DNA from: an uncultured delta proteobacterium
Lineage (GTDB): Bacteria; Myxococcota_A; Polyangia; Polyangiales; Polyangiaceae
Assembly: GCA_963716725.1 (NCBI GenBank)
Contig: CAVQUB010000006.1
Coordinates: 128,001-192,000 of the forward strand
DNA: 64,000 nt
Direction: 5' to 3'
In this document: positions 31,294 through 44,863 of the stretch, piece after piece
How positions within the stretch are numbered: position 1 is the stretch's first letter
How the letters are laid out: the number at the start of each line of letters is the position of its first letter
Notes under the pieces: model-generated
Told to the model about the DNA's origin: nothing
The model's input: the letters and a program-made list of their open reading frames with translations, nothing else
Database searches by the model: none
Made by a program: the position numbers and the translations under genes

Positions 31294-32565
31294 TCACAAG
31301 CAGCAGAAGGTGACGGGCCCGGCCGGATCCGCCGAACCGCTGACGGTCCCGCCCGTGGTCGGACAGGTCGCACCGGAGGCCGTGCCCCCCGCCAGCTTCA
31401 GCGAGCGACTGTCACCACCGAAGGTGTTGCAAGCCGGCGCCGCGATCGGCGTCGAGTCCGCCTTGAGGTTCGTGCACGATCCCAGGCCCGGGCCTGGGAT
31501 CGTGTCCTTCTCCTGCGTGCAGCTCGTGTCGGTGAAAATCTCGAGCGTCGCACCGGTGCAGGTTCCCGTGGCTGAGCCGCAGCCGCAAGCGCCACAGCTT
31601 CGGTTGTCGGTGATGCTCCCGGTGTAGAAGACCGACTTCTTTGCCCACGCGCCGCCGGGGCACGCCACGTCGCCGGTCTGATAGATGCAGATGTTGGAAG
31701 CAAACCCCGAGGGTGGTGTGGGAACGCACTTGCTGGTCGCGCCGCACCCGCTGGGATCCCCGGTCGGATCGCCGCAGGCGCGGACCGACTTGGCGTACTT
31801 GGGCGTCGGCTTGTTGATCGTGCCTTGCGACGTGGACGTGCAGGTTCCGCCCGCCAACTTGAGCTCGGTGAAGGCCGCGGCGAGTGGCTTGTTGGACGAT
31901 GCGTCCCAGCACAGATTCTGGGGCTTGCAGGTCGAGGTGACGGTGAGCGGGTTCGCACCGCCGCAGACGCCCGCCCAAGAGCCCCAACAGCCGCTTCCGG
32001 TGCACGACAACCCGTCCGTGAAGGTCACGTCCGCTTGGCAGCTCACGCCCGAGGGCGCGCCGCACTGACAGGTCGGACACGTGACCGTGCCGGCTTCGAC
32101 CGTTGAACTCGCGGTCTGCTTGATCGTGGGATAGGTGGCCGGACACGACGGCGCCGCTGCCGCGCCCTCGTAGTAAATCGCCGGCCCCTGCCAGCCTACG
32201 GGTGGGTCGGGCACGCAAGTGCCGTTGGTGCAGGCTGCGCCACCGGTGCCGCCCGTGCCGCCGCCGCCCGTGCCGCCGCCGCCCGTGCCGCCACCGCCCG
32301 TGCCGCCGCCGCCCGTGCCGCCGCCGCCGGTACCACCGCCGCCGCCGGCACCACCGACTCCACCGACTCCACCGACTCCACCGACTCCACCGACGCCGCC
32401 GGTAGCCCCGACGCCACCGACGCCGCCGGTAGCTCCGACGCCACCGCCCGTCCCGTAGAACTGATCGTCTTCGATGAAGGTGAAGTCAGGAAAGCCGCAG
32501 CTGGTCAGCGCGAGCAGCGCGCCGAGTGTCGAGAGTCGCCTCGAGAGATCAGAACGCGCCGACAA
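31294..32565 (-). CDS. Gly-rich linker, Cys-rich myxobacterial lipoprotein
   Basis: Lipobox LTSC, (GGV)n/(GGGGT)n tract, then CVP..P.GW.GP Cys-rich domain. Confidence 0.8.
   Translation of the reverse strand: MSARSDLSRRLSTLGALLALTSCGFPDFTFIEDDQFYGTGGGVGATGGVGGVGATGGVGGVGGVGGVGGVGGAGGGGGTGGGGTGGGGTGGGGTGGGGTGGGGTGGTGGAACTNGTCVPDPPVGWQGPAIYYEGAAAAPSCPATYPTIKQTASSTVEAGTVTCPTCQCGAPSGVSCQADVTFTDGLSCTGSGCWGSWAGVCGGANPLTVTSTCKPQNLCWDASSNKPLAAAFTELKLAGGTCTSTSQGTINKPTPKYAKSVRACGDPTGDPSGCGATSKCVPTPPSGFASNICIYQTGDVACPGGAWAKKSVFYTGSITDNRSCGACGCGSATGTCTGATLEIFTDTSCTQEKDTIPGPGLGSCTNLKADSTPIAAPACNTFGGDSRSLKLAGGTASGATCPTTGGTVSGSADPAGPVTFCCL
32235..32452. repeat. Coding low-complexity tandem repeats (9- and 15-bp units)
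   Basis: ccaccgact and gccgccgccgcccgt units encode the Gly-rich linker. Confidence 0.8.
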
Positions 32566-33571
32566 GGTTCACTCCTTTGAGCTCAGGGCCCGGAAGCACG
32601 TTCAAGCGAACGCGGGCAGCCTTGGGTTTCTCTCCGCCGCCGCCCCCGCTCATCAGCATGACAGCGGCAACCCCGATGCCGACCACGCCGACACCCAACC
32701 CCACGTTGGCCATGAGCGCGTAGCTCTTGCCGTCGTCCGCAAGAGTCTGCTTCGACTTCGGGCAGGTGCCGTCGCCCCGACAGACGTCCTCGAGCTGGGA
32801 CTTTGCGTCGTTCATCTGGAGATAGAAGTAGCCGCCCGCAGCCAGCCCCAGCACGCCCACCCCACCGATGATCCACGGCAGCGCCCCGGGGCCCGTCTTC
32901 TTGATTTCGATCGGGGGTTTTTCGTCGGGCGGGTCGTCGGGTTTCGGCCCACCGACGACGGGCGCCTTGGTCGCCCAGTCTTCTGGCGGCACGAGCTCCA
33001 GGCTCTTGGTCTCGCCTTCGGCGAGCGTGACCGTCTCTTCGAATTCGCGCCCCTTGCTCTTGGCAACGACCCGGTGTGGGCCGGGATCGACCGACACTTC
33101 CTTGCCGATCTGGGCCTCCCCGATCACCACGCCGTCGAGCTCGACTTTGACCGACTCGGCGCCCTTGCCCCGGCTGATCACCAGCTTTGGAACTCGCGCC
33201 TCGAGCTCGGTGCGGGCCTTGACGATCTCGTCCAGCTCTTTCGCGCTCTGCTGTTGGGCCTCGTACTCAGCGATGCGGTACTCGCCGAGCGCCTCGTTCA
33301 ATCGGCCAAGGTGCTCTTTGCAGCGACCGACGTGGTAGCGCACCGCAGGCGTGGTCTTGACCCTGCCGACTTCGTTGAACTTGGCGAGCGCGCCCGCCCA
33401 GTCGCCGGCGGCCTCGAGACTGAGGCCCTCCTTGAACAGGGCGCGAGCCTTGGCCAGCTCGACGGCGGTCTGGGCCTCGGCGAGCGCCGGCGTGAGCATC
33501 ACGCCGAAAAAGCCCGAGGTGGCCGAGAACGATGCCAGCGTGAGCGCAGCTGCCAAGCGTCTAAGTCGCAT
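32549..33571 (-). CDS. Secreted TPR + PEGA-like domain protein
   Basis: Signal peptide, ARALFKEG...GRLNEALGEY TPR-like helices, VELDG...VSVDPGPHRV, and C-terminal TMs. Typical myxobacterial partner upstream of Cys-rich lipoproteins. Confidence 0.8.
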   Translation of the reverse strand: MRLRRLAAALTLASFSATSGFFGVMLTPALAEAQTAVELAKARALFKEGLSLEAAGDWAGALAKFNEVGRVKTTPAVRYHVGRCKEHLGRLNEALGEYRIAEYEAQQQSAKELDEIVKARTELEARVPKLVISRGKGAESVKVELDGVVIGEAQIGKEVSVDPGPHRVVAKSKGREFEETVTLAEGETKSLELVPPEDWATKAPVVGGPKPDDPPDEKPPIEIKKTGPGALPWIIGGVGVLGLAAGGYFYLQMNDAKSQLEDVCRGDGTCPKSKQTLADDGKSYALMANVGLGVGVVGIGVAAVMLMSGGGGGEKPKAARVRLNVLPGPELKGVNLVGAF

Positions 33572-33628
33572 TCCCCGCGAGTCTAGCACCGGATTGTCCC
33601 TCGCCGCGAATCCAGGTGGGGGCGCCCC

Positions 33629-34441
33629 CTAGCCCGGGAGCGGAGGTCTCGCGGAGGCTCGATCGTGCCGGAGCGCTTGCCGCTCGGCCTCCGCCACCAG
33701 CCGGGAGTACGCATCGAAACGCTCCGGAACCTCTCTCCGCGCCGGCAGGGACGCTCCCGGCATCGGCGTCGCAGAGCGAGTCGAGCCGGACCCGCCCGTG
33801 AACGACGCGACGCTCGAGACCTTGCTCGCTCGATCCACCCGCACTCCGATCCGCTCCCCGAGGGCGTCCACCAGACGGTCCAGATCCTGGGCCCCGCCGC
33901 TTTGCTCCCCGAGGATCGAGAAATCGAAGCTCCGCGCGTCGATGCGCGCGGACCAGAGCACGGTCGCGAAGTGGAAGTCGGCTGCCGCGAAGCCGTCGAT
34001 GGGCGGCGTGCTGACGACCTCGAGGCTCGCCTCCGGTGCGATCGCCCGGAAGGTCGCGCTGGAGCTGAATCGACGCCGGGAGCCGACCTGGACCTCTCCC
34101 CGCACCACCGCCAGCACCGCCCGAAAGGGAATGGGCATCTCCCGCTCCGTCAGGTGCAGCACGAGGCTGCTGTCGGTGACCTCCACCGCGCGCAGGGGCA
34201 CGAAGAGGCGGGCCGGGTCGGACGCGACCGCCGAATCCACCACGGCCACCCGAAAGCCCTGCGAACGGAGCCGATGCGCGAGCTCTTCGGCCCGATCCAC
34301 GTCCCCCAGGGCCCGGACCACGCCCCAAGCCGATGGTCGCAGCTTGGTCTTGAGCTCGTAGGGCAAGAGCCCGGTCAGCTCGGCGAGCCGTCCGTACTCG
34401 TCGTCGCTACCCGAAAAAGGAGGCCCGATCAGCACCAACAT
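33629..34441 (-). CDS. Hypothetical protein
   Basis: 270-aa ORF with natural composition filling the gap. Confidence 0.65.
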   Translation of the reverse strand: MLVLIGPPFSGSDDEYGRLAELTGLLPYELKTKLRPSAWGVVRALGDVDRAEELAHRLRSQGFRVAVVDSAVASDPARLFVPLRAVEVTDSSLVLHLTEREMPIPFRAVLAVVRGEVQVGSRRRFSSSATFRAIAPEASLEVVSTPPIDGFAAADFHFATVLWSARIDARSFDFSILGEQSGGAQDLDRLVDALGERIGVRVDRASKVSSVASFTGGSGSTRSATPMPGASLPARREVPERFDAYSRLVAEAERQALRHDRASARPPLPG

Positions 34442-34581
34442 GGCGTTCTTGGAGGCCGAATCTTACGCGACCCGAGTCACCCGGCCGAAAAACCGGCAAG
34501 CCCCCCATCGCCTTGGTCGCAAAAACCCCTAGCTTCGTGATAAACGACCCGTGATAGGAACGAGGGAGAGGTTAGCGCGAC

Positions 34582-34806
34582 ATGGACATCAACTGGGCCC
34601 CATTCGTCAAAGCAATCGTCGCGTCGATCGTCTACTCGCTGATCGGCATCGTCATGTTTGCCATCAGCTTCTTGGTCATCAAGCTGGTGACGCCGTTCTC
34701 GCTTCGCAAAGAGATCGAAGAAGACCAGAACACCGCGCTGGCCATCATGATCGGCTCGGTGATCCTCGGTCTGAGCATCATCATCGCATCAGCCATCGGC
34801 GGCTGA
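34582..34806 (+). CDS. DUF350 family small membrane protein
   Basis: KLVTPFSLRKEIEEDQNTALAIMIGS; two TMs. Confidence 0.9.
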   Translation: MDINWAPFVKAIVASIVYSLIGIVMFAISFLVIKLVTPFSLRKEIEEDQNTALAIMIGSVILGLSIIIASAIGG

Positions 34807-34834
34807 GCGCGACCCGAACGCGAGCGTCGTCCCG

Positions 34835-36421
34835 ATGACGGACGAGGGCGACTCCGCCGAATCGAATCCAACCGGTTGGCCTGATCCGACGCGCCCGGTC
34901 GCGCGCCGGCAGCAGGCCAGCGTGCTGCTCGGCATGGTGCTGGTCATCGCCACCGCCGGGCTCGTCTACGAGCTGGCGATGGCGGCCGTCGCGAGCTACG
35001 TGCTCGGCGACTCGGTCACGCAGTTCTCGACCATCATCGGTGTGTACCTGTCCGCGATGGGGCTCGGGGCGTGGCTCTCGCGTTTCGCCGAGCGCCGCCT
35101 CGCGCTCCTGTTCGTCGACATCGAGCTGGCGACGGCGCTGATCGGTGGCCTGTGCGCGCCGGGGTTGTTCCTGGCGTTTTCCTACACCAACGCCTTCCGC
35201 CTGATCCTGTACGCCACCGTCGTTGCCGTCGGCGTCTTGGTCGGCCTCGAGCTACCGCTCTTGATGCGCATCTTGCGCCGCGAGCTCGAGTTCAAGGAGC
35301 TGGTCGCACGGGCCCTCACCTTCGACTACGCGGGCGCATTGGTCGGCTCCCTGGCCTTCTCGCTGTTCTTGGTGCCCCGGCTCGGGCTCGTGCACACCTC
35401 CCTGGTTTCTGGCCTGCTCAACGCAGCCGTCGGCCTGCTCTCCACCTACGTGCTCGTGCCCGAGAGCGAGGACGAACGCCGCGGCATGGGCAGGGCGCGC
35501 CTGCGTGCGGTGTTCGTGGTCGTCGTGCTGGGGCTCGCGCTCTTCGAAGGGCGCCGCCTGACGTCAATGGCCGAAGCCCAGAGCTTCGGCGGTCCGGTGA
35601 TCCATTCGACCACGTCGCCGTATCAACGCATCGTGCTCTCGGAGCGCGGCGCCGGCTTCGCGCTCCACCTCAACGGGAACCTCCAGTTCTCGAGCCTCGA
35701 CGAGCACCGCTATCACGAGGCGCTGGTCCATCCCGCGATGGCCGCCGTGGCATCGCCCCGGCGGGTGCTGGTGGGCGGAGGCGGGGACGGCCTGGCGGTA
35801 CGCGAAATCTTGCGCTGGCCCGAGGTCGAGCGGGTCGTGCTGGTGGATCTCGACCCGGCGGTGACCGACCTCGCTCGCACCAACGACCGGCTGGTGGCGC
35901 AGAACCGGGCGGCGCTCGCGGATCCGAAGGTCTCGGTGGTCAACGCCGACGCCATGAGCTTCATCGCCGACAGCAGCGAGCGCTTCGACGTCGTGGTGCT
36001 GGATTTCCCCGATCCGAGCAACTACTCGGTCGGCAAGCTGTACAGCACCACGCTCTACACGAAAGTGCGCCGGCTCCTGGCCCCTGGCGGCAAGCTCGTG
36101 GTGCAGTCCACGTCGCCGCTCTTGGCGCGGCGTTCGTTCTGGTGCGTGGTGAGCACGCTCCGGACCTCCGGTTTCACGGTCATGCCCTACCGCGTCTTCG
36201 TTCCCAGCTTCGCGGACTGGGGCTTCGTGCTGGCGGGTCTCGAGAGCTTCGACCGCCCGACCCGCCTGCCGCCAGCGGCTCTGGCCTACCTCGACCCGCG
36301 GACTCTGGAGCACCTGTTCGACCTGCCCGCTGACGTGAGCGAGGTGCCGGTCGACGCGAACCGGCTGAACAACCAGGCCCTGGTCTCGTACTATCTGCGC
36401 GAGTGGAGCCGATGGGAGTGA
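34835..36421 (+). CDS. speE: Membrane-bound polyamine aminopropyltransferase (spermidine synthase-like)
   Basis: N-terminal TM domain (GLVYEL...LGDSVTQFS), LNGNLQFSSLDEHRYHEAL, GGGDG and DFPDP. Confidence 0.9.
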   Translation: MTDEGDSAESNPTGWPDPTRPVARRQQASVLLGMVLVIATAGLVYELAMAAVASYVLGDSVTQFSTIIGVYLSAMGLGAWLSRFAERRLALLFVDIELATALIGGLCAPGLFLAFSYTNAFRLILYATVVAVGVLVGLELPLLMRILRRELEFKELVARALTFDYAGALVGSLAFSLFLVPRLGLVHTSLVSGLLNAAVGLLSTYVLVPESEDERRGMGRARLRAVFVVVVLGLALFEGRRLTSMAEAQSFGGPVIHSTTSPYQRIVLSERGAGFALHLNGNLQFSSLDEHRYHEALVHPAMAAVASPRRVLVGGGGDGLAVREILRWPEVERVVLVDLDPAVTDLARTNDRLVAQNRAALADPKVSVVNADAMSFIADSSERFDVVVLDFPDPSNYSVGKLYSTTLYTKVRRLLAPGGKLVVQSTSPLLARRSFWCVVSTLRTSGFTVMPYRVFVPSFADWGFVLAGLESFDRPTRLPPAALAYLDPRTLEHLFDLPADVSEVPVDANRLNNQALVSYYLREWSRWE

Positions 36422-36465
36422 GACGCGAGGCGTGTTAGATGGTCGTCGCCGCGGAGGGAACCACC

Positions 36466-38127
36466 ATGACGCTGAAGACGCAGCTGGACTACGTGCAGAA
36501 GTGGGAGCGCGAGCGCCCGAACGACATCTGGTTCACCCAACCGCTGGGCAAGGGTGAGATCCGGGACCTCAGCTTCAAAGAGGCCCTCGACGAGGCTCGG
36601 CGGATGGCGGCCCACCTCCGCTCCCTCGATTTCCCCGCGCAGTCGAAGATCGCACTGTTCTCCAAGAATACCGCCTGGTGGATCCTCGCCGACATCGCGA
36701 TTTGGATGGCGGGCCACGTTTCGGTGCCGCTCTATCCCACGCTGACGGCGGAGACGATCCGTCAGATCCTCGAGCACAGCGAGGCAAAGCTGATCTTCAT
36801 CGGCAAGCTCGATGGCTTCACGGCCATGGAGCCGGGCATCCCCGACGGCATGCCGCGCATCACCCTGCCCCTCAGCCCCAAGCTCGAGGCACCGGCCTGG
36901 GCCAGCATCGTCGAGAAGACCGAGCCCCTCGCCGGCGAGATCCGCCGCGCCGAGACCGATCTGGCCACCATCGTCTACACCTCCGGCAGCACCGGCGTGC
37001 CCAAGGGCGTGATGCACAGCTTCCAGACCATGATCGCGCCGGGGGAGCGCTTCACGGAGTTCTTCGAGGTGCGAGCCGACGACCGCATGCTCTCCTACCT
37101 GCCCCTCGCCCACGCCTTCGAGCGCTACGTCGTCGAGACCGGCACCATCGGCCGCGGCTTCCACGTGTTCTTCGCCGAGAGCCTCGACACCTTCGTCGAC
37201 GACCTCAAGCGCGCGCGCCCCACGCTCTTCGTCAGCGTCCCGCGGCTGTGGCAGAAGTTCCAGCTCGGTGTCTTCTCGAAGATGCCGGAGCCCAAGCTGT
37301 CGTTCATGCTGAAGGTGCCGATTTTGAGCGGCATCATCAAGAAGAAGGTGCTCGGCGGCCTGGGCTTCGATCAGGTCCGCATCGCGGGCAGCGGCTCTGC
37401 GCCGATCCCGGCCGAACTCATCTCTTGGTACCGCTCGCTCGGGCTCGATTTGCTCGAAGGCTACGGCATGAGCGAGAACTTCAGCTACTCGCACATGACG
37501 CTTCCAGGCGACGTGCGCGTCGGCTACGTCGGCAAGGCCTGCGCCGGCGTCGAATGCAAGCTGAGCCCCGAGGGCGAGGTCTTGGTCAAGAGCCCGGGCA
37601 CCATGCTCGGCTACTTCAAGGCGCCCGATCTGACCGCCGAGATGTTCACCGAAGACGGCTTCCTCAAGACCGGTGACCGCGGAGAGCTCGACGCCGACGG
37701 TCGCCTCAAGATCACCGGTCGCGTGAAGGAGCTGTTCAAGACCAGCAAGGGCAAGTACGTCGCGCCGTCCCCCATCGAGAACAAGCTCCTGCTGCACTCC
37801 GACGTCGAGCAGGCGCTGGTGACGGGCAATGGCTTTCCGCAGCCCTACGGCCTGGTCGTCCTGAGCGAGCAGGCTCGGAAGCGGGTCCAAGACGACGCCG
37901 CGAAGGAGCAGCTCTCGGTCACGCTGAAGGGCCATCTCGACGAGGTCAACGCGAGCCTGGACCAACACGAGCAGCTCGATCTGCTCGTCGTGGTGAGTGA
38001 CGAGTGGACCATCGAGAATGGGCTGCTCACGCCGACCATGAAGCTCAAGCGCAGCGCCATCGAAACCAAGTACGGCGATCTCGCCCCGACCTGGTACGAC
38101 CAGAAGCAGCCCGTGGTCTGGGCCTGA
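36466..38127 (+). CDS. Long-chain acyl-CoA synthetase (AMP-binding)
   Basis: YTSGSTGVPKG, EGYGMSE, TGDRG and LLTPTMKLKR. Confidence 0.92.
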   Translation: MTLKTQLDYVQKWERERPNDIWFTQPLGKGEIRDLSFKEALDEARRMAAHLRSLDFPAQSKIALFSKNTAWWILADIAIWMAGHVSVPLYPTLTAETIRQILEHSEAKLIFIGKLDGFTAMEPGIPDGMPRITLPLSPKLEAPAWASIVEKTEPLAGEIRRAETDLATIVYTSGSTGVPKGVMHSFQTMIAPGERFTEFFEVRADDRMLSYLPLAHAFERYVVETGTIGRGFHVFFAESLDTFVDDLKRARPTLFVSVPRLWQKFQLGVFSKMPEPKLSFMLKVPILSGIIKKKVLGGLGFDQVRIAGSGSAPIPAELISWYRSLGLDLLEGYGMSENFSYSHMTLPGDVRVGYVGKACAGVECKLSPEGEVLVKSPGTMLGYFKAPDLTAEMFTEDGFLKTGDRGELDADGRLKITGRVKELFKTSKGKYVAPSPIENKLLLHSDVEQALVTGNGFPQPYGLVVLSEQARKRVQDDAAKEQLSVTLKGHLDEVNASLDQHEQLDLLVVVSDEWTIENGLLTPTMKLKRSAIETKYGDLAPTWYDQKQPVVWA

Positions 38128-39793
38128 TCAGAAGCCCGGATCGGTCACCGGAGGCGGAACGAAGCCGGTTCCCTTCTTGGGATCGGGCTTCTTCGGATCC
38201 TTTTCTTTCGGATCCTTGGCATCCTTCTCCTTCGGATCGGCGCCTTGGCATCCTTCTCCGGCGGCTTCGCCGGGCCCTGAGGGGCGACCCCTGGGTTCGC
38301 AGCGGCGCCCTTCTCCACGGCGAGCTGGTTCAGGTCGATGGCGCCGGACTCGTCGAGCTTCTCGCCCGAGCCCACGGGCGCCGGCACCTCGGCAATGGCC
38401 GATGCCGTGGGCGCAGGGACGGGTGGCGTCGCCGCGGCGCTATCGCCGGACCCCCGGCCCCGAGGAACTTCGTGGCGACGAGAGCGCCACCGACCAGCAC
38501 CGCGGCGACCAGCAAGCCGCCAATCACCCACAGCGCACCACTGCTCTTCTTCTTCGCAGGAGGCTCCGACGGCAGCTGTGTACCAAAGGGAGTCTCGGGG
38601 GCGCTCATCGCGCTGCTGGTAAACTCGGGCGTCGACGGGCGAGAGAACGAGCCGCTGGGCGTGGGAGCGGTGAGGCCCGTCACCGAGACGCGCGCGTGCT
38701 CGGGGCTCGACGGCGCGCCGAAGGGAGCCGGCGCGACGCGAGTGCCGAGCTCCGGTACGCGGCCCAGGGAAGCACTGACCTCGAAGGCCGCCGAACGTTC
38801 GTCCGCCAAGCGGACCGCTTCTTTCAGGGCGGCGCGGCGTTCGTTGCCGCGGTCTCCGAGCATGGCCGACACGAACTTGCCGACGTCGTCTTGACGGATG
38901 CGAGGGACCGTTGGCGGAAACACTCGGTCGAGGGCGGCCTCGAGCTCGGCGGCGGTCTGATGGCGCTTGTCCGGGTCGCGATCGAGCGCCTTCAACACCA
39001 CGGCCTCGAGCGGCTTCGGGTACTCCTTGTCGTACGCCCGCGGGGGAATGATCGGTCGATCCGACACGATGTTCTGCAGCGTGATCATGTCGTTCTCGCC
39101 GCGGAACGGATGTTTGCCGGTGGTGAGCTGGTAGAGGATGATGCCCAGCGCGAAGATGTCCGTGCGCCGATCGATCTCCTTGCCGAGCGCCTGCTCGGGC
39201 GACATGTACGGCGGCTTGCCTTTGATCTGACCCGAGTTGGTATGCTCCACCGTGCGACCGGCGGCCTTGGCGACGCCGAAGTCGACGATCTTCACCACCC
39301 CGTCGAAGGTGAGCAGCACGTTCTGCGGTGAGATGTCTCGGTGCACCAATCCCACGGACTCACCGTGCTCGTCCTTGAGCTCGTGCGCCGCGTGCAGACC
39401 GGCAGCGGCGTCTTGAACGATCTTGACCGCGATGGGACGCGGGACTCCGTCGCGCTTGGCCGCGACGCGCCGGATCGACGACAGGGGCTCGCCGTCGACG
39501 AACTCCATCACCAGGTAGAGCAAGTCGTCTTGTTCGCCGAGATCGAGGATCTCGACCACGTTGGGATGCCGGATGCGCGACGCGAGCTGAGCCTCGTCGA
39601 GGAACATCTGCTCGAAGTGCGGGTTGTCGCTGATGGTCGGCAGCATCGTCTTGACGGCGACCGTCTTGGTGAAGCCGCGCGTGCCCTTCAGGCGCGCAGC
39701 CCACACCGCTGCCATGCCCCCCTGTGCGATCGGCACCAGGAACTCGTACCGGCCCACCGTCTGACCGGGCTGGATTTCCCCGAGAGTCCTCAT
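38128..39793 (-). CDS. Membrane Ser/Thr protein kinase (frameshifts in the low-complexity C-terminal tail)
   Basis: QGGMAAV, HRDISPQN, DFGVAK, YMSPEQ and a TM. The tail continues in other frames to ...VTDPGF-stop at 38128. Confidence 0.9.
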
Positions 39794-40026
39794 TGGTGCG
39801 GCTTAATCGACAAGAGCGTGGCAGACAGCAGGGCATCGCACAAGCCTCCAGACGCTGCCGAGCGCCCCGCGGTCCCAGACCGCCCCGCGGGGCCGGCGGA
39901 GGGGTCCCGAAGGCCGGAGCGTGGGGGCTAGTTGGGGAGCCCCTGTGAGGGACTCCTGTACAACCCGGTAGTATCTTGTGTTCAGGCTTCCGAAAGTTCA
40001 GTGCCTTCGACCGCTTAGGTAATCTC

Positions 40027-40073
40027 GCCCAATCTGTCGTGGTTTTTTCTTGCCCCACCACAAGTGATTGGGG
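40027..40073. promoter_or_regulatory. Tandem NrdR-box-like sites
   Basis: GCCCAATCTGTCGTGG (40027-40042) and CCACAAGTGATTGGGG (40058-40073) resemble acaCwAtATaTwGtg. They are 31 bp apart and upstream of a ribonucleotide reductase gene. Confidence 0.55.
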
Positions 40074-40279
40074 TAACAAGACCCTCCACCTACCGCGAGA
40101 GCTGTTCGTCGGTGCAGTCGGTCGGACCTACTATCCCCGGCGCATCCCCGAACGCACGTTCAGCTGAACCAGTCCGAGCGCAGTGGGGTTCCTTTTTTCT
40201 TGGCTTGATTGGGTGACGGGGCGGACGCCCAGTTAGCAGCGGACGAACGACGAGGTTGGACAACAGGGGGTCCTAGCGT

Positions 40280-40320
40280 CCTCGCTTCCCAGAGAGGCGG
40301 ACGGCGCGAGGCTTTTTTTT
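40280..40320 (+). terminator. Intrinsic terminator-like hairpin in the nrdJ leader
   Basis: CCTCGC...GCGAGG stem followed by T8. Confidence 0.5.
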
Positions 40321-40388
40321 GCCCTGCGGGCGGACGGGTGCCGCGCGCGGGTCGAAGGCAATACATGCCGCAGATGAAGGAGCGAGGG

Positions 40389-43658
<3,270 letters not shown>

Positions 43659-43686
43659 CAGGAGCCCGGCCGAGGGGCCAAAACAC

Positions 43687-43716
43687 CAGGCGGCCCTGAA
43701 AGCTCGGGGTCGCCTG
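43687..43716 (+). terminator. Stem-loop downstream of nrdJ
   Basis: CAGGCGGCCCTGA-AAGC-TCGGGGTCGCCTG. Confidence 0.55.
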
Positions 43717-43773
43717 ATGCGTTTGCCCCAGAACAATCGTCCACCCGGTGGAATCCTGGTAGAAGTGAGCCCG

Positions 43774-44298
43774 ATGCTGAAGCAAGGCAAGCCCACCGCG
43801 CGAACGGCCGTGGTCGCAGGAGCAGCAATCGTGCTTGCGCTCCTGGCGTGCAAAAAGGAAAACAGCGACACGACCGCTGCAACCGCGACTGCGCTTCCGG
43901 CAGTGTCGGCCCCAACACCCGACCCGCCCAAAGATCCGGAGCCCACCGCCAGCGCCGAGCCCGAGAAGAAGGACGAACCCGCCGCCAAGGCGCCGGTGGT
44001 GAACGTGGTCAAGACCACGACCGACGCAGGTGCGACGGCGAAAGTCGACGCCTCCGTGCCCGACGCCGCCGCACCCGCGGCGAACACCGCGGCCGACGCC
44101 AAGGCCATCGAGGCCTGTTGCGCCAGCCTCGCTGCCGAGTCCAAGAAGCCGACTCCCCACAGCAACAAGTACAAGAGCGCGTCCGCCGTCTGCGGCGGCA
44201 TCGCCGCGCAGGTCAAGAAGGGAAACGCGAACGCGGCCTCGGCTCGGACCACGATCCGCGCGCAGCTGCAAGGCGTTCCCGTCCCCAGCGGTTGCTGA
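43774..44298 (+). CDS. Lipoprotein, Pro/Ala linker plus C-terminal 4-Cys helical domain
   Basis: Lipobox LLAC; ACCASL...C...C-stop. Confidence 0.8.
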   Translation: MLKQGKPTARTAVVAGAAIVLALLACKKENSDTTAATATALPAVSAPTPDPPKDPEPTASAEPEKKDEPAAKAPVVNVVKTTTDAGATAKVDASVPDAAAPAANTAADAKAIEACCASLAAESKKPTPHSNKYKSASAVCGGIAAQVKKGNANAASARTTIRAQLQGVPVPSGC

Positions 44299-44368
44299 CC
44301 CCGCCCCAGATCCAATAGTTTGCCCCTGACCCACGTCTGACTCGAATGCACCGTCTCTGGAGGACCCG

Positions 44369-44806
44369 ATGAAGAAGGCTTCGCAATCTGCAGCGCAAGC
44401 GTTGCTCACCCCCATCATGCTCGGCCTGATGGTGCCGGCGGCCTTGGCTCTCTACGCTGGGTGCAAGAAGGACGAGCCACCACCGCCCCTGCCCGTAGCG
44501 GCGCCCGAGGCGACGGCGAGCGCGCCCTTGGTGATCGAGGTCGAAGACGCTGGCGACGACGGCGACGCGGGCGACGCCGACGCGGACGCGAAGGTCGGCA
44601 AGTACGTGCCGGCGGCCAGCCTCAAGGCTTGTTGCGCTGCGCTCGCGCAGAACGCCGCCAGCGCGCCCCCGCCCACCAGCATCTACATGCTGCAAGCCGC
44701 CGCTGCCTGCAACGCCGCCGTTGCGCAGGGCAAAGACAAGGCGAGCGTCACGGGCATCGTGTCCGGTGCGCTCAAGGGCGCCGGCATGCCGGCCGCCTGC
44801 CGCTGA
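44369..44806 (+). CDS. Lipoprotein, paralog of the upstream gene
   Basis: Lipobox YAGC; ACCAAL...C...PAACR. Confidence 0.8.
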   Translation: MKKASQSAAQALLTPIMLGLMVPAALALYAGCKKDEPPPPLPVAAPEATASAPLVIEVEDAGDDGDAGDADADAKVGKYVPAASLKACCAALAQNAASAPPPTSIYMLQAAAACNAAVAQGKDKASVTGIVSGALKGAGMPAACR

Positions 44807-44863
44807 TCCGGCTTCCCCATCCCCTGCTCCCTCCTCCGCTCCGCCACCGCCTCGCCACGACAA

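Noticed and set aside
38175..38262. Short repeats ttcggatcc / ccttggcatccttctcc
   Set aside because: They encode the DPKEKDAK low-complexity tail of the kinase.
39794..40388. Cobalamin riboswitch upstream of nrdJ
   Set aside because: No recognisable conserved core or B12 box by eye. An Rfam scan would be needed.
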